A stretch of 64,000 bases of DNA from the sequence record NZ_CP014527.1. The stretch is one strand, 5' to 3'. The notes below the pieces were generated by a model. It did not search any database. It had not been told where the DNA came from and saw only the letters and a list, made by a program, of their open reading frames with translations. A program made the translations under genes and the position numbers. The DNA comes from a plasmid. Below, in pieces: positions 45,585-56,024 of this stretch; the stretch's first letter is position 1, and every line of letters begins with the position of its first letter.

Positions 45585-48500
45585 TCACCCAGGCATTGTC
45601 GGACAGACGTCAAGGACCGGGCTGGCCAGTTCCTGCAGGCCCGCCCCGACCGCACCGGCTAGGCACGACCCGCTGGTTGCCGCCCCGATGCCGCAGCCGG
45701 CAGCCGCGTGCACCAGAACCTTGCGCACGTCGCCGTCGCTGATCCCGAATTCAACCCCCAGATCCCCGATGCCCTGGAACACCTGCGCCGACACAACGTT
45801 GACCGCACCGGTCACCAGCGCCGAACGGGCCGCAGTGTCCAGACCTTCTCCGTTGACAGCCATATCCACAACGGCCAGCACACCGGTGTTGATCGCGGCC
45901 TGCGCCACTGTCTGCCCCAGTCCGGCCAGATGCCCTGCCGCACTGGCAACGCCTGCCCCGGCTGCGGTAGCACCGGTGGTTGCCGCTGTGGCTCCGGCTG
46001 CGGCCGTGGTGGTGGTTGCAGCCGTCGCCCCGGCTGTTGTTGTCGCGGCGGTGGCCCCGGTACTGGCTGTTGACCCGGCTTCGGTGCCGGCTCTGGTTAT
46101 GCCGCCGTCAAACCCCAGGCCATCACTGACCCCCTGGGTCAGGCCGGCCGTCAGGGCACTGACCACCAGGGACCGCAGGGTGTTGCTGGAAACAATGGAA
46201 CGCAGCGCACCCTGCATGTCACCGGACACCGCGCCGTTGGCAACAGAGGTCGAGACAGTCCCCGCAACACCGGCCAGGACGGCGTTTGTCATGGTCATGG
46301 CTGTCAGCTGGGCCGCTGTTCCGGCATAGGTGGCACCGGCCATCGACATGGTGGCCATGCCAGCCGACACCGACGTGCCGGCTGGCACTTCGGCAACACC
46401 GACGATATTGGCAGCCAGGCTGGCCGTGGCCCCGGCAGTCAGAACAGCGGTGGCAAGGGCAATCAGGGCCATGGTCCCGCCACCTATGCCGCTTTTCTGG
46501 TCATGCCAGCTGCGGTAGGTCTCTTCCACGCCCTTCCAGTCAACCCCCGGCAGGGTCCGGAGCGTTGCCAGATAACCAAGGCCGGGGGCCTGTGAAAGCT
46601 GGTCAAGGTCGGTCGCCAGGTCGCCGGTCGCACGGTATTCGACCACGATACCGCCCGGGCTTTCGATCACAAAGTCACCGCCGGACTCCAGAAGGGCGTG
46701 CCGGACCACCTCCCGTTCGTGGCCACGTTCTGTCATCGTCCACTTCAGGCCACCGTCCCGGTGTTCCGAAACCGACAGGACATCGCGTTCCGTGTCCGAG
46801 AGAAGGTGCAGCCTGGCATCCGGGGCCGCAAAGCGACCCTTCCCGACCCGCAGGGTCAGGGTGCCACCGGCGGAAACACGACTGGCGCGGATGGTGGTGT
46901 CGGATCCGGACTCCGTCGTCAGATCCGCAACAGAGCTGACATCAGAGCCTTTTATGCCGGTAAAGGCATGCTGCTCCGTACGGAAGCCACGTCCCCCCAG
47001 GAAGCCCCCAAAGGCACCGGATTTCTTGACCCGGTACGCGTGCACATACTGCTCGTGCAGTGATGTGACACGCAGTTCGCCCAGGGCGGTAATGTCGATA
47101 TTGCCGCCGCTCTGGATCCGGGACCCGGCAATCTCCATGTCACCGCCGGCATCCAGCGATACGGCGCGTCCCCCCGAAAGGACGCTGCTTTCATAGGTCA
47201 GCCGGCTCTCGTTGACATGCTCGGTCTTCTTCTTCCTGAAAAGACCCCGGCCTTTCGAGGTTGAACTGGACGCATAGCGCGAGGCCTGCGCACCCGCTGC
47301 CACAGACAGGGCATTGCCGGCGACCACATCCAGCCTGCCGTCGGCCGAAACCCGCGAGGCCTCGATGCCGATATCCGTACCCGACAGGCGGACATCGCCA
47401 CCGGACAAAACCGATGATCCCTGAAGGCGCTCAGCATACGCACTCCGCGTGCTTCTGCCGCTGCTTCCCGCATCGCTGGACACATCCCGCGTTGCACCGA
47501 CAACAAGACCACGACCGGCTTTCAGCGTCGCATTACCGGCAGCCTCAACCTTCGACCCCAGAACGGAAACCGCGCCATCCGCTTCAGCCGTCAGGGTACC
47601 GCCCGTGGAAATGGATGATCCCCGGGAGCGTTGGGAATGCGCGCTGTGTGTGCTTCGGCCGATGGTCCCAGCATAGGTGTGCTCATCGCGCGTAGCACCG
47701 ACAACAAGATCACCGCCGGCCTTCAGCGCCGTATTGCCGGCAGCCTCAACTTTCGAGCCCAGAACGGAAACCGTACCACCGGCCTCAACCGTCAGGGTGC
47801 CGCCCACATCAACCGTACTGCCACGATGGGTAACCGCTGTTCCGGATCCCCCGCCAATCTTTGTCCGGACGGTCCTGTATGCGTCACAGTCGCTCCTGCC
47901 TGCGGCACAGTCCGGGTTGCCTACACGCCGCTCGGCATAGGAGGCCCGGGTAAAACGGGTTTCTTCCTTCAGGCCTTCGATCGCGACATGACCGGCCTGG
48001 CTTTTGACGGCAAGATTGCCATCGGCTTTGACCCTGGTGCCAGCAAGGCGGACGGTGTCATGGCCGGATACAGACATGTCCCCGCCGGCGGCAAGCTCGC
48101 CACGTTCCAGATCAATGGTTCTTGCCGCAAGGGTTGCATCGCCCGTGCTTTTGATCTGCCCGCCCCCGCGCTGCCTGATGTCACCGGCGGTGATGGTTGT
48201 GGTGTTCCCGGCCACCAGCGCACCATTCCGGCGGTTCAGGAAGGCCATGGCCGCAGAAAGCGGAACGGTTCCATTTTCCAGTACCGGCGGGGATGCCAGG
48301 GCCTGCACAAGGTTCTCGCTGAGGAAGCGGTCTGCACCGGCCGCAATGTCTTGCGCGGGGCCAACGTTGTCGGCTCCCGCCCCGCCCGGCCATGCCGTAC
48401 GATCCAGCGACAGGATTTCAGACAGGCCCGGTTCGTGCTGTGCGGCCATGGGGCCGTAATTGAGGCGATCAAGAAGATACGCCGATGACAGGAAGGCTTT

Positions 48501-51062
48501 CTGGTCACCGGGTTTCTCGGCGGGAAGATCGCTTTTGGCAATTTGCAGGATTTCCTCCAGCTCCGTCCTCAGGGTGAGCAATGTGGAGGTCTCTGCCCCC
48601 GGAGTGCTGGGGACACGGTACTCCTGACCGGGGCTGGCCCGTCTCGGCCTGGGTGTTGTCGCGGCCTGTCGATCGTGAAGCTCGTCGACATGACCTTTAT
48701 CGCCCGTCTGGCTGTTGATCTCTGCCAGCATCTCTGCGGCGCTGCGGCTGCCGATCGTCAGGTTGTTGACCTGTTCCGCCTCGATATCCAGTATGCCACC
48801 GGCCTCAATCACCCCCCCGAAGGTATTGACGAAATCAAGGGTGCCTTGGTGACAGCTGTAGCAGGCGCGTTTGTGAACCTCGTGACGGGTACGGCTGGCC
48901 CCGAACGCAATATTGGTTACGGTCCGGGCCGAGATCTTCAGGTCCTGCCCGGCCCGGATTTCTCCGTAAACATTGCGGATACTGTCGGCATCCAGCGACA
49001 GGCCGCCGCCGGAACGGATCGTGGCCAGCACACCATCATCGTTGAGGGCATCCTCGGTGATCGTCACCAGGATATCGTAGCCCGCTCCTGAACCGGCACG
49101 GATTGCTTGCCACAGCGCACTGACTTCGGGCAGGATGGTCCCGTCCTTGATGTATTTCGGGTCAATCGCGGACAGGGTTGTGTCGTCCAGCGCCTGTCCG
49201 CTGGCAAGTTTCTCCCAGAGGGCAATATACCGCGTCCTGTAGGCGTCCTTGACAGGGAACGGGTCGACTTGCTCCACAACCGGTTCATCAACAGCGCTGT
49301 CGTCTGCGGTACTGTCATCTGCAGCAACGACCGGTACAACGCGCGCCTCCTCAACCAGCAGGTCGCGCATGAAATCAACGAGAGAGGGGACTCCGGCCTC
49401 GAAAGCCTTTCCGCTCAGGTTCTGGAAGTAGGCCACCCAGGCCGCTTTCGACCTGTCGGGATTGTCCTTGTCAAGGGCAGACGTGCGAAGCAGGCTGATA
49501 ATACGGGGGTCCAGAGGCGTATCCCCTGAGACCGTGCCGGAAAAGAAAGTCTCCAGAAGGAGCAGGTAGTCGTCACGCTTTCCAGGGTCAACGGAACCAT
49601 CCGGCGCGAGGATATCCGCTGACACCAGGCGATTGCGAATATCCTCGCCCGGATTTACGGGGTCAGACTTTTCTATTGACTTTCTGACCGTGTCCTTGAT
49701 CCTGACGGTCGGGGCCGTTCCCTCGTTGACAATGGACTTGGCCTTGACATGTAAACGGCCGCTACTGGCCTCTATCGTGCCGTTCCTGTTCACGACAGAT
49801 TCGGACCGTCCCTCCTCTCCTTTCGCATAGCCGATATCGAGCGTGTTTTTGCCAATGATCTTTCCGCCATCGTTGAGAACAAACGGCGCGTCGATGACAC
49901 TGTCCCCGTCAGAGAGCACCGTGCCCCTGTTCTCGACCCGCCGCCCGGCGGCCAGGGTTGTCTTCTGCCCGGACTTGATCGTCCCGCTGTTCTTGATGGT
50001 ATCAATAGCCCCGATCGAAACCGATGTGCCCGCATCGATGGTGCCTGTGTTGTCAACCGTATGAGCCGCGACAGAAATGCTGCCTGAACTTTTTATGGTA
50101 CCGGCGTTCTCGAACCGGGCTGTTGTTGTGATGGTGGTGTCCGTGCCGGCGGACAGGCTGGACCCGGATCCAAGGCGGATATACCCCTTTGCATCAAGCG
50201 TCAGGCTGGAAGCCGAGGCCATCGCGCCGTTCATGTTGACGCCGGCCCCGTCCTCGGTGGCAACAAGGGAAATCTGCCTGGCATACATTCCGCCCAGGGC
50301 GGCAACATCGAGGGCGATGTCCGGGGCCGGGGTATCAACGGTTATCGGGTCGGCCGCGAGGCTGTTGGCATCAACCCTGTTCGTCCCCATGACAACGTTC
50401 AGCGTGAGGCCCTTGACCTTGGCTTTTTCACGCAGGGCAATGGTGCGGGCAACAAGATCGATCTGACCGATGGATTGATCTTCCTTGGTGGCATCAAAAC
50501 CCGTTCCGTCGAACAGGATATCGCCGCCGCGGACATCAAAACGCTCCAGCTCACCCTGCTCATTGAAAATGGCCGCCCCGGTCGAGAGAGTTGCCCGGCT
50601 GGTATTGATGAAGCCACAGCTGTTACAGGTGATGCCATCCTCGTTGATCACAACGACGCGGGCTGTCGGTCCGACCACTTCCAGCAGACCGTCCATCTGC
50701 GAGCGGGTACCGCCGATGACCTGATGGATGATCAGCTCGGCCTCATGCCCGGGGGTCAGGTTGGGATTGCCCTCGATAAATCCCGCTTCAAGCTTTGAGT
50801 AGGCGGCAATGGCCGAATTGTTGTCGATGGCTCCGCGCGACGGGACATCGAACGTATGGTGCAGATTGTTTGATACGCCACTGCTGTTGGGCGTGTTGAT
50901 GTTGAAGAGCGGGATCCCGCTCCTTGACTGGTCGTCAAAGGCACGTTCCGTGTTCGTGACCGGCTGGGCGTGGACCAGAACAGGAGAGAGCGGGTAAAAC
51001 AGGGCCGCAAGCAAGGCGGATGCTTTCTGGAGCCAACGAAAGGCGCGTGTCAGTGTGTGCAT
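45585..51062 (-). CDS. Two-partner-secretion exoprotein (TpsA; filamentous haemagglutinin / CdiA-like). The C-terminus is frameshifted and truncated.
   Basis: N-terminal extended signal peptide and TPS domain with an NPNL motif (FIEGNPNLTPGHEAELIIHQVIGG), followed by long beta-helical FHA repeats including near-identical tandem ~200-bp DNA repeats around 47.4-47.9 kb. The ORF ends at 45585, but a haemagglutinin-like sequence continues in another frame (45588..~45250) before running into the IS5 remnant. Confidence 0.85.
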   Translation of the reverse strand: MHTLTRAFRWLQKASALLAALFYPLSPVLVHAQPVTNTERAFDDQSRSGIPLFNINTPNSSGVSNNLHHTFDVPSRGAIDNNSAIAAYSKLEAGFIEGNPNLTPGHEAELIIHQVIGGTRSQMDGLLEVVGPTARVVVINEDGITCNSCGFINTSRATLSTGAAIFNEQGELERFDVRGGDILFDGTGFDATKEDQSIGQIDLVARTIALREKAKVKGLTLNVVMGTNRVDANSLAADPITVDTPAPDIALDVAALGGMYARQISLVATEDGAGVNMNGAMASASSLTLDAKGYIRLGSGSSLSAGTDTTITTTARFENAGTIKSSGSISVAAHTVDNTGTIDAGTSVSIGAIDTIKNSGTIKSGQKTTLAAGRRVENRGTVLSDGDSVIDAPFVLNDGGKIIGKNTLDIGYAKGEEGRSESVVNRNGTIEASSGRLHVKAKSIVNEGTAPTVRIKDTVRKSIEKSDPVNPGEDIRNRLVSADILAPDGSVDPGKRDDYLLLLETFFSGTVSGDTPLDPRIISLLRTSALDKDNPDRSKAAWVAYFQNLSGKAFEAGVPSLVDFMRDLLVEEARVVPVVAADDSTADDSAVDEPVVEQVDPFPVKDAYRTRYIALWEKLASGQALDDTTLSAIDPKYIKDGTILPEVSALWQAIRAGSGAGYDILVTITEDALNDDGVLATIRSGGGLSLDADSIRNVYGEIRAGQDLKISARTVTNIAFGASRTRHEVHKRACYSCHQGTLDFVNTFGGVIEAGGILDIEAEQVNNLTIGSRSAAEMLAEINSQTGDKGHVDELHDRQAATTPRPRRASPGQEYRVPSTPGAETSTLLTLRTELEEILQIAKSDLPAEKPGDQKAFLSSAYLLDRLNYGPMAAQHEPGLSEILSLDRTAWPGGAGADNVGPAQDIAAGADRFLSENLVQALASPPVLENGTVPLSAAMAFLNRRNGALVAGNTTTITAGDIRQRGGGQIKSTGDATLAARTIDLERGELAAGGDMSVSGHDTVRLAGTRVKADGNLAVKSQAGHVAIEGLKEETRFTRASYAERRVGNPDCAAGRSDCDAYRTVRTKIGGGSGTAVTHRGSTVDVGGTLTVEAGGTVSVLGSKVEAAGNTALKAGGDLVVGATRDEHTYAGTIGRSTHSAHSQRSRGSSISTGGTLTAEADGAVSVLGSKVEAAGNATLKAGRGLVVGATRDVSSDAGSSGRSTRSAYAERLQGSSVLSGGDVRLSGTDIGIEASRVSADGRLDVVAGNALSVAAGAQASRYASSSTSKGRGLFRKKKTEHVNESRLTYESSVLSGGRAVSLDAGGDMEIAGSRIQSGGNIDITALGELRVTSLHEQYVHAYRVKKSGAFGGFLGGRGFRTEQHAFTGIKGSDVSSVADLTTESGSDTTIRASRVSAGGTLTLRVGKGRFAAPDARLHLLSDTERDVLSVSEHRDGGLKWTMTERGHEREVVRHALLESGGDFVIESPGGIVVEYRATGDLATDLDQLSQAPGLGYLATLRTLPGVDWKGVEETYRSWHDQKSGIGGGTMALIALATAVLTAGATASLAANIVGVAEVPAGTSVSAGMATMSMAGATYAGTAAQLTAMTMTNAVLAGVAGTVSTSVANGAVSGDMQGALRSIVSSNTLRSLVVSALTAGLTQGVSDGLGFDGGITRAGTEAGSTASTGATAATTTAGATAATTTTAAAGATAATTGATAAGAGVASAAGHLAGLGQTVAQAAINTGVLAVVDMAVNGEGLDTAARSALVTGAVNVVSAQVFQGIGDLGVEFGISDGDVRKVLVHAAAGCGIGAATSGSCLAGAVGAGLQELASPVLDVCPTMPG

Positions 51063-51084
51063 GGCTTCCCCCGGGCTCCTGTTC

Positions 51085-52770
51085 CTAGAACGACAGCGCC
51101 ATCTGCACGTACTTCACCGTGCCAGGATCGGTAAAAGAGGCCGGGCGCTCAAGGGCCCGTGCAACGCTCAGGTCAAGATGAAGCCGACTGAAAAGAGACA
51201 GCCGGACGCCTGCCGAAGCCCCGACCAGAACCGATTGCCCATAGGTCCGGTGATCATCGGCGCTCAGGGTGACAGAGCCACCGTCCAGCCCGAGAACGAA
51301 CGCAACCTGTGTATCAGGGTCCTAGTGCAGCCGGATCGCCAGATCATTGCGGGTCGAGAGACCTTTGCTTCCTGACAAGCTGTTTTCCTGGAACCCGCGT
51401 ATGCCGAAAGAGCCCCCGCCCGGGGAAAACCGGTCGGAACTCGACAGGGCACTGCGTGAGTACTGGCCCCGGATCTGATGATCCAGACGCAAGAGACCAT
51501 CCATGAACCGGGCATACACCGCCGAAGTGCCCGTAACCAGGAACGGCTCCGGATCAAGCGCGGGGTTCAGGGGTCTTCGTGCCCCCAGGGCCTCCATGCC
51601 CCGGATCGCATTGACGGACCAGCTGTGGTAGCCCCCTGCAAAATGGGTCCGTCCGTTCAGGCCAGCCTTCGCCTTGGTCGCAAAACGACGCTGGACAAGG
51701 ACCTCATGGTCACCCAGATAATTCCTTGAACGGGACAGGCCGACCCCGGCAACCGCATAGACCTTGGCTGCCTGACCACGCTACAGAAGGCGCTGCAGGT
51801 CTGCCGACAGCCTGTGATTATACCCATGCAGGGGGAAGCGCTGGTTGATGCCCGGAAGCGTGAACCTGTACGTGTTGTACCCGGCTCCGATGTGCAGGCC
51901 CCAGTTCCCGAAAGGGATCAGATAACGGCCGTGTACATCCCGGGCGTAGGTCTTGCCCCCTGAAAGTCCCCTTGTCGTCGATGATACGCCAAGCCGGAGC
52001 GTGTCGTTGCGATTGAGGAGATTGTCGTAATGGACGTCTGCCCCGGTCTTGTAGCGACCGGTATTCCGGTAGCCAAGATTGTCCAGGGACAGGCGTCCCC
52101 CGAGCGGGAACCTGTTTTGCGGGGATATCCGGACAATGGAGGTCCCGTGGCGGGTTCCGGGGTACAGCTTGAAGGTGCCGGACTGTGTCGGCGGAGCGTT
52201 GAAGTTCTCAAGGGCCTGTTCGATATCACGCAGGTTGACAATATCCCCCTGTCCTGACGGAAAGGCAGAATGGATACGGGAATCAGCCGCCTGCCCCCCT
52301 TCATAGTCGAAGTCCTCGATCCGTCCGGAAATCACAAGAACACGAAGCGTACCACCGGAGAGATCCTGCTCGGGCAGATAGACCCGGGTCGTGATCCACC
52401 CCCTGCCGGCATAGAATGCGTTCATGCTGTCCAGATAGCGGCTCAGATCACCCTGTCGTACGCACGTGCCGTTCAACCTGTCGACATCAGGGGGAACCAG
52501 GTCCAGGTCTTCGGCCCCTTCAACCCTGGTTGTGGATACCGGAAAACAGGGACCCGGATCCTCTTCCCGGTCATCCGGTCCGTCCCCGGGACGTTCCAGA
52601 TGAATATCAGGCCGTTTGTCCGGCTCGGCGTTGAAGTCCCAGTCCCTTTGCTGCCGGCGCAACTGCTCCTGCTCGATGGATTTCACAACATCCTCGGGCG
52701 TGACCTGCGCAACCCCCGGACAGGCTGCAAGGAAAAGGGATGCAAGCACACACAGGACAAACCGGTTCAT
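51085..52770 (-). pseudogene. TpsB (ShlB/FhaC/CdiB-family) outer-membrane transporter whose frame is conserved throughout but interrupted by two in-frame TAG codons
   Basis: Signal peptide MNRFVLCVLASLFLAAC, POTRA and barrel regions, and a C-terminal ...YVQMALSF ending in the canonical terminal Phe. In-frame amber codons lie at 51781-51783 and 51322-51324. The ORF track shows this gene as separate pieces (51781..52866 and 51322..51597). Confidence 0.75.
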
Positions 52771-54487
52771 GAACACACAAGGCCCCCCTCCGGGACCAGT
52801 CAGGGACTGGCCGAAAGCCGTAATGAATGACGGAAGGGATCCTGTGATTTTCGCACGACCAAGCACGTCGGCCCCTGCCTGAGGCCGGGGACAGCGATAT
52901 TGTGTGTGCGATCACACACCACACGATGCAGACCGATAAAAACCGATCTGCCCAAAACAGTGTCTGCGAAGGAAATTCCTTGTGAAGACCGGCCCGTGGC
53001 CCCTTGCAGGGCTTGTAGCAGATCCCTCCCCCCCCACGATTTTGACGATGTCCCAAAGGACATCTTTTTTGATTGTGCAAACCCTATATCACTACCACAG
53101 GTAAATGAAAATGGTAAAATGAAAACAGGTCGGGATAAAAATAAGAGGTGGTGTGCCCTTGTCAGCACCCCTGACGGAATACCGTTGCGCATGCCTGTTC
53201 TCCCACGAGGAATGTGGGTGGCGCACTATGTGCCACAGGGATCGAGCATGGCAGGGCCGCCTCCCTGACCGGGGGAGCATCAAGGGCGGGCATGCATAAA
53301 GCAGCGTCCGGACTATTTTCCCGGGCAGGACGTGCCAAAAGAAAAGCACTCTTCCCCCGCCGCGCTTGCGGCTTAAAGATGGCTTTTTTTCTGCAGTACA
53401 GAGGATGCCCCTATGCCAACAGTTGCCTTGCTTTCCACGCATCGTGGGGGCCTGTCCAATCTCTGCATTTTTCTGCCGTTCCCTGCATGCCCGGACGACT
53501 GCCATTCAACGCCCACGAAAGGCCTTTGGATCTTGCTGAATGTGTGGGCACAACAGACAGGGGAGCGTTGTCCGCAAGGCACCCTGTAAAAACACCCGGG
53601 TTTCTCACGCTTGCGTTGAGCACGGCCCGGCCGTGCGAACAAGCATCCTCATCGAATGAGAACAGGAGGTGGGCCCACCTCCTCTATCCTGCCGGTGGGT
53701 ACGACGGAGAAACTTTGAGATTCTTTGAGACAGGGGCATAGATACTTGCCAATTTCATTTGCACCTCTGTTCGTAGTTATACATAGTGGTCTGAGTAACA
53801 ATAAAACAGAAAACCTACATAATAATTTTGGCGATCAACGCCAGAGACGCAATTCCTCGATCGTTTTTCTGTGGCAATTTAAGTGATGCTTCATCAGGCG
53901 GATGTCGTGGTCGTAATCCTGCTCCGTACGAAACGCGTAATCCGGATCAATATTGCGGCAACGCTACTGTGAAAGGCTGTACGATCAACTCAGAGCGCTT
54001 GGCCTAGTTGTCAATGTCGTCGTACTCTGAAACACGATCTACAATGGATGTGGGCCTGGAACAGCTCATAGTAGAGGTCTACGATGCTCGACCTGAATAA
54101 GTTGCATGCCTGTCGCCGCTTGGCTCAAAACACGTCAATATGTTCGGCTGATGCACCTTCTCTCTGCCGGAATTCGTGGCTTGACGCGAACTTAGGTCGT
54201 TACGCGATCCTCAGAAAACTGCCCCTGACGAGCCCTGAAATCCTTAAGTAGTTTTTCTGTTCCGTTGCTACTCAAATCCCTATTTCTGGCGAATTATTGT
54301 GGCCCTGCTGTTTCCGTCCGTTTTACGTTATCTGTATGTGTTATATAAGGTTAAACCGTTATAGATTCTATTTAGCTAATTCTATCAGTCAGTTAAATGG
54401 ATAATTGTGCGTGATCTACCGAGTCTTATTGCACGCAATATACCGATATACAGGTCGTGTTATCCACAGGCTTGGCCTTGCTTTTTA

Positions 54488-55176
54488 TCATTCGTCAATC
54501 TCACTCGGCGGGGGTAAAAGCTCCATGGTTTTATGAGTGAATACGGCCAAGATGCGATCATTCCGCCCCCAACGCCACGCGTTGGTCCCGAGATCTTCAT
54601 TCATGCGTTGTTGCTCAGGGTCTGACTTGTCGAATGCCAGACCAACCCGATATTGTGGCAGACTATCAGCTTCCGAGATTTTCTTCAGATAAACTTTGAA
54701 ATTACGGAGCTCCATTTCTGAGCCACACCTTTCCGCCAGGCGCGGCAGAGAAATCTTCCATATCGGCTGACGGCCACAATGCTTGCGTGCCAGCTCGTAA
54801 AGCCGCCTTTCCAAGCCCATCTTGAGCCTGAAATACCCGCGATCAATGGTGAGAACACGCCTGTTCTCGACAATTGCACGAAACATCCATTTGTTCAGGG
54901 TCAATTCAACGGCGGCCATTACCCTCTGTCCACGCGAATTGATGCGCTCGACAATCCTGTAGCTGTCGATCCACGAGAATCCCTGGCATTCACGCTCCTC
55001 ATTCTGTCCAGAGGTAATGGTGGTGCGAATAGTGGTGCTCTGCAGCCGGTCCAGTGCAGACATGAAGAGTTCGTAAGCTTGTTTGCCTGTTCCGCGTCCG
55101 GTAAGCCTGAGAAAGTCATAGACCGGAAATTGAATGGTGCGGTTTACAGAGGCGCCACGTTCAAGGCGGCTGTTCC
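54488..55176 (-). pseudogene. Plasmid replication initiator RepA (RPA family), missing its N-terminus and ending exactly at the first CRISPR repeat
   Basis: ...NRTIQFPVYDFLRLTGRGTGKQAYELFMSALDRLQSTTIRTTI...FSWIDSYRIV...LTIDRGYFRLKMGLERRLYELARKHCGRQPIWKISL matches the RPA consensus block by block. The reading frame stays open upstream of the track start at 55063 and runs into repeat 1 at 55177 with no start codon. About 60-100 N-terminal codons of the family are absent. Confidence 0.75.
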
Positions 55177-55605
55177 GTTGCTGCTTGACCGCAATTTCTG
55201 AGATGCTAGTCTTCTATGCCGGTGAGCATGTCCTGGACCGTGTTGCTGCTTGACCGCAATTTCTGAGATGCTAGTCTAGAACAAGGTTGAAGCCGCCTAC
55301 CGGCGCGTTGCTGCTTGACCGCAATTTCTGAGATGCTAGTCTTCGGGCCACGACAGGAGGGTTGGGATGATGGTTGCTGCTTGACCGCAATTTCTGAGAT
55401 GCTAGTCTGCCTGCCACACATAGGCGATACCTGCGAGCGTTGCTGCTTGACCGCAATTTCTGAGATGCTAGTCTAACGCTGAAAATAGACCCGGCTGTGG
55501 TTCTGTTGCTGCTTGACCGCAATTTCTGAGATGCTAGTCTGTATTCAGGAAATAGCCAGCGTTATTGGCGTTGCTGCTTGACCGCAATTTCTGAGATGCT
55601 AGTCT
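55177..55605 (+). CRISPR. CRISPR array with 7 identical 36-nt repeats (GTTGCTGCTTGACCGCAATTTCTGAGATGCTAGTCT) and 6 spacers of 29-30 nt
   Basis: Repeats are at 55177, 55242, 55307, 55373, 55439, 55505 and 55570. Spacers are tctatgccggtgagcatgtcctggaccgt, agaacaaggttgaagccgcctaccggcgc, tcgggccacgacaggagggttgggatgatg, gcctgccacacataggcgatacctgcgagc, aacgctgaaaatagacccggctgtggttct and gtattcaggaaatagccagcgttattggc. The strand is assigned from complementarity to the tracrRNA. Confidence 0.95.
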
Positions 55606-55679
55606 TGATCAGCGCTTTGCGCCTTGATTCCACTTGATAATATCGCGATGTAGCGGTGTATTTTTTGCACACATCGCTC

Positions 55680-56024
55680 CTATAGCAACACCAGTTGCGA
55701 CGGATTTTCGCGGGCCCTCCGCCGGTCTTGGTTCGAAAAGTGAACGATGTTGCGGAACTGACGGTCCGTAAGAGCCAAAATCTGGACGTCACCCTTGTCG
55801 GGCAAGGCCTGTTTAATGCGACGAATGCGGGCCTCAAGAGCCTCCTTCCCATTCACAAAACGACCATAAGCCGAAAACTGGCTGCGTTCAAAGCCTTCAT
55901 CAAGGAGAAAATTCCGGAAGTCCGTAGCAGCCTTGGCCTGGGCCCTGGTCCCGACCGGCAGGTCGAACATGACCAGCACCCACATCAGACGATATCCGCT
56001 GAGATGATACGTGGTTCCATTCAT
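55680..56024 (-). CDS. cas2: Cas2 (type II)
   Basis: 114 aa. LSGYRLMWVLVMFDLP...FRNFLLDEGFERSQFSAYGRF...RIKQALPDKGDVQILALTDRQF is typical of type II Cas2. The ATG overlaps the cas1 stop. Confidence 0.85.
   Translation of the reverse strand: MNGTTYHLSGYRLMWVLVMFDLPVGTRAQAKAATDFRNFLLDEGFERSQFSAYGRFVNGKEALEARIRRIKQALPDKGDVQILALTDRQFRNIVHFSNQDRRRARENPSQLVLL

Noticed and set aside
45115-45588. 157-aa minus-strand ORF downstream of tpsA, treated as a separate gene
   Set aside because: Its N-terminal two thirds continue the haemagglutinin sequence in a shifted frame, and its C-terminal third is the reverse complement of the IS5 transposase remnant. It is a frameshift and fusion artefact, not an immunity or toxin gene.
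45331-46329. 332-aa plus-strand ORF, and others up to 48488, antisense to tpsA
   Set aside because: They overlap the Ala/Thr/Gly-rich C-terminal region of the haemagglutinin, and their translations are Ala/Pro homopolymer-like. They are shadows of the TpsA frame.
55206-55852. ORFs of 71-96 aa reading through the CRISPR repeats (TSISEIAVKQQ..., RLASQKLRSSSN...)
   Set aside because: The repeat happens to lack stops in two minus-strand frames, so ORF callers run through the array. The periodic identical peptide segments are the repeats themselves.
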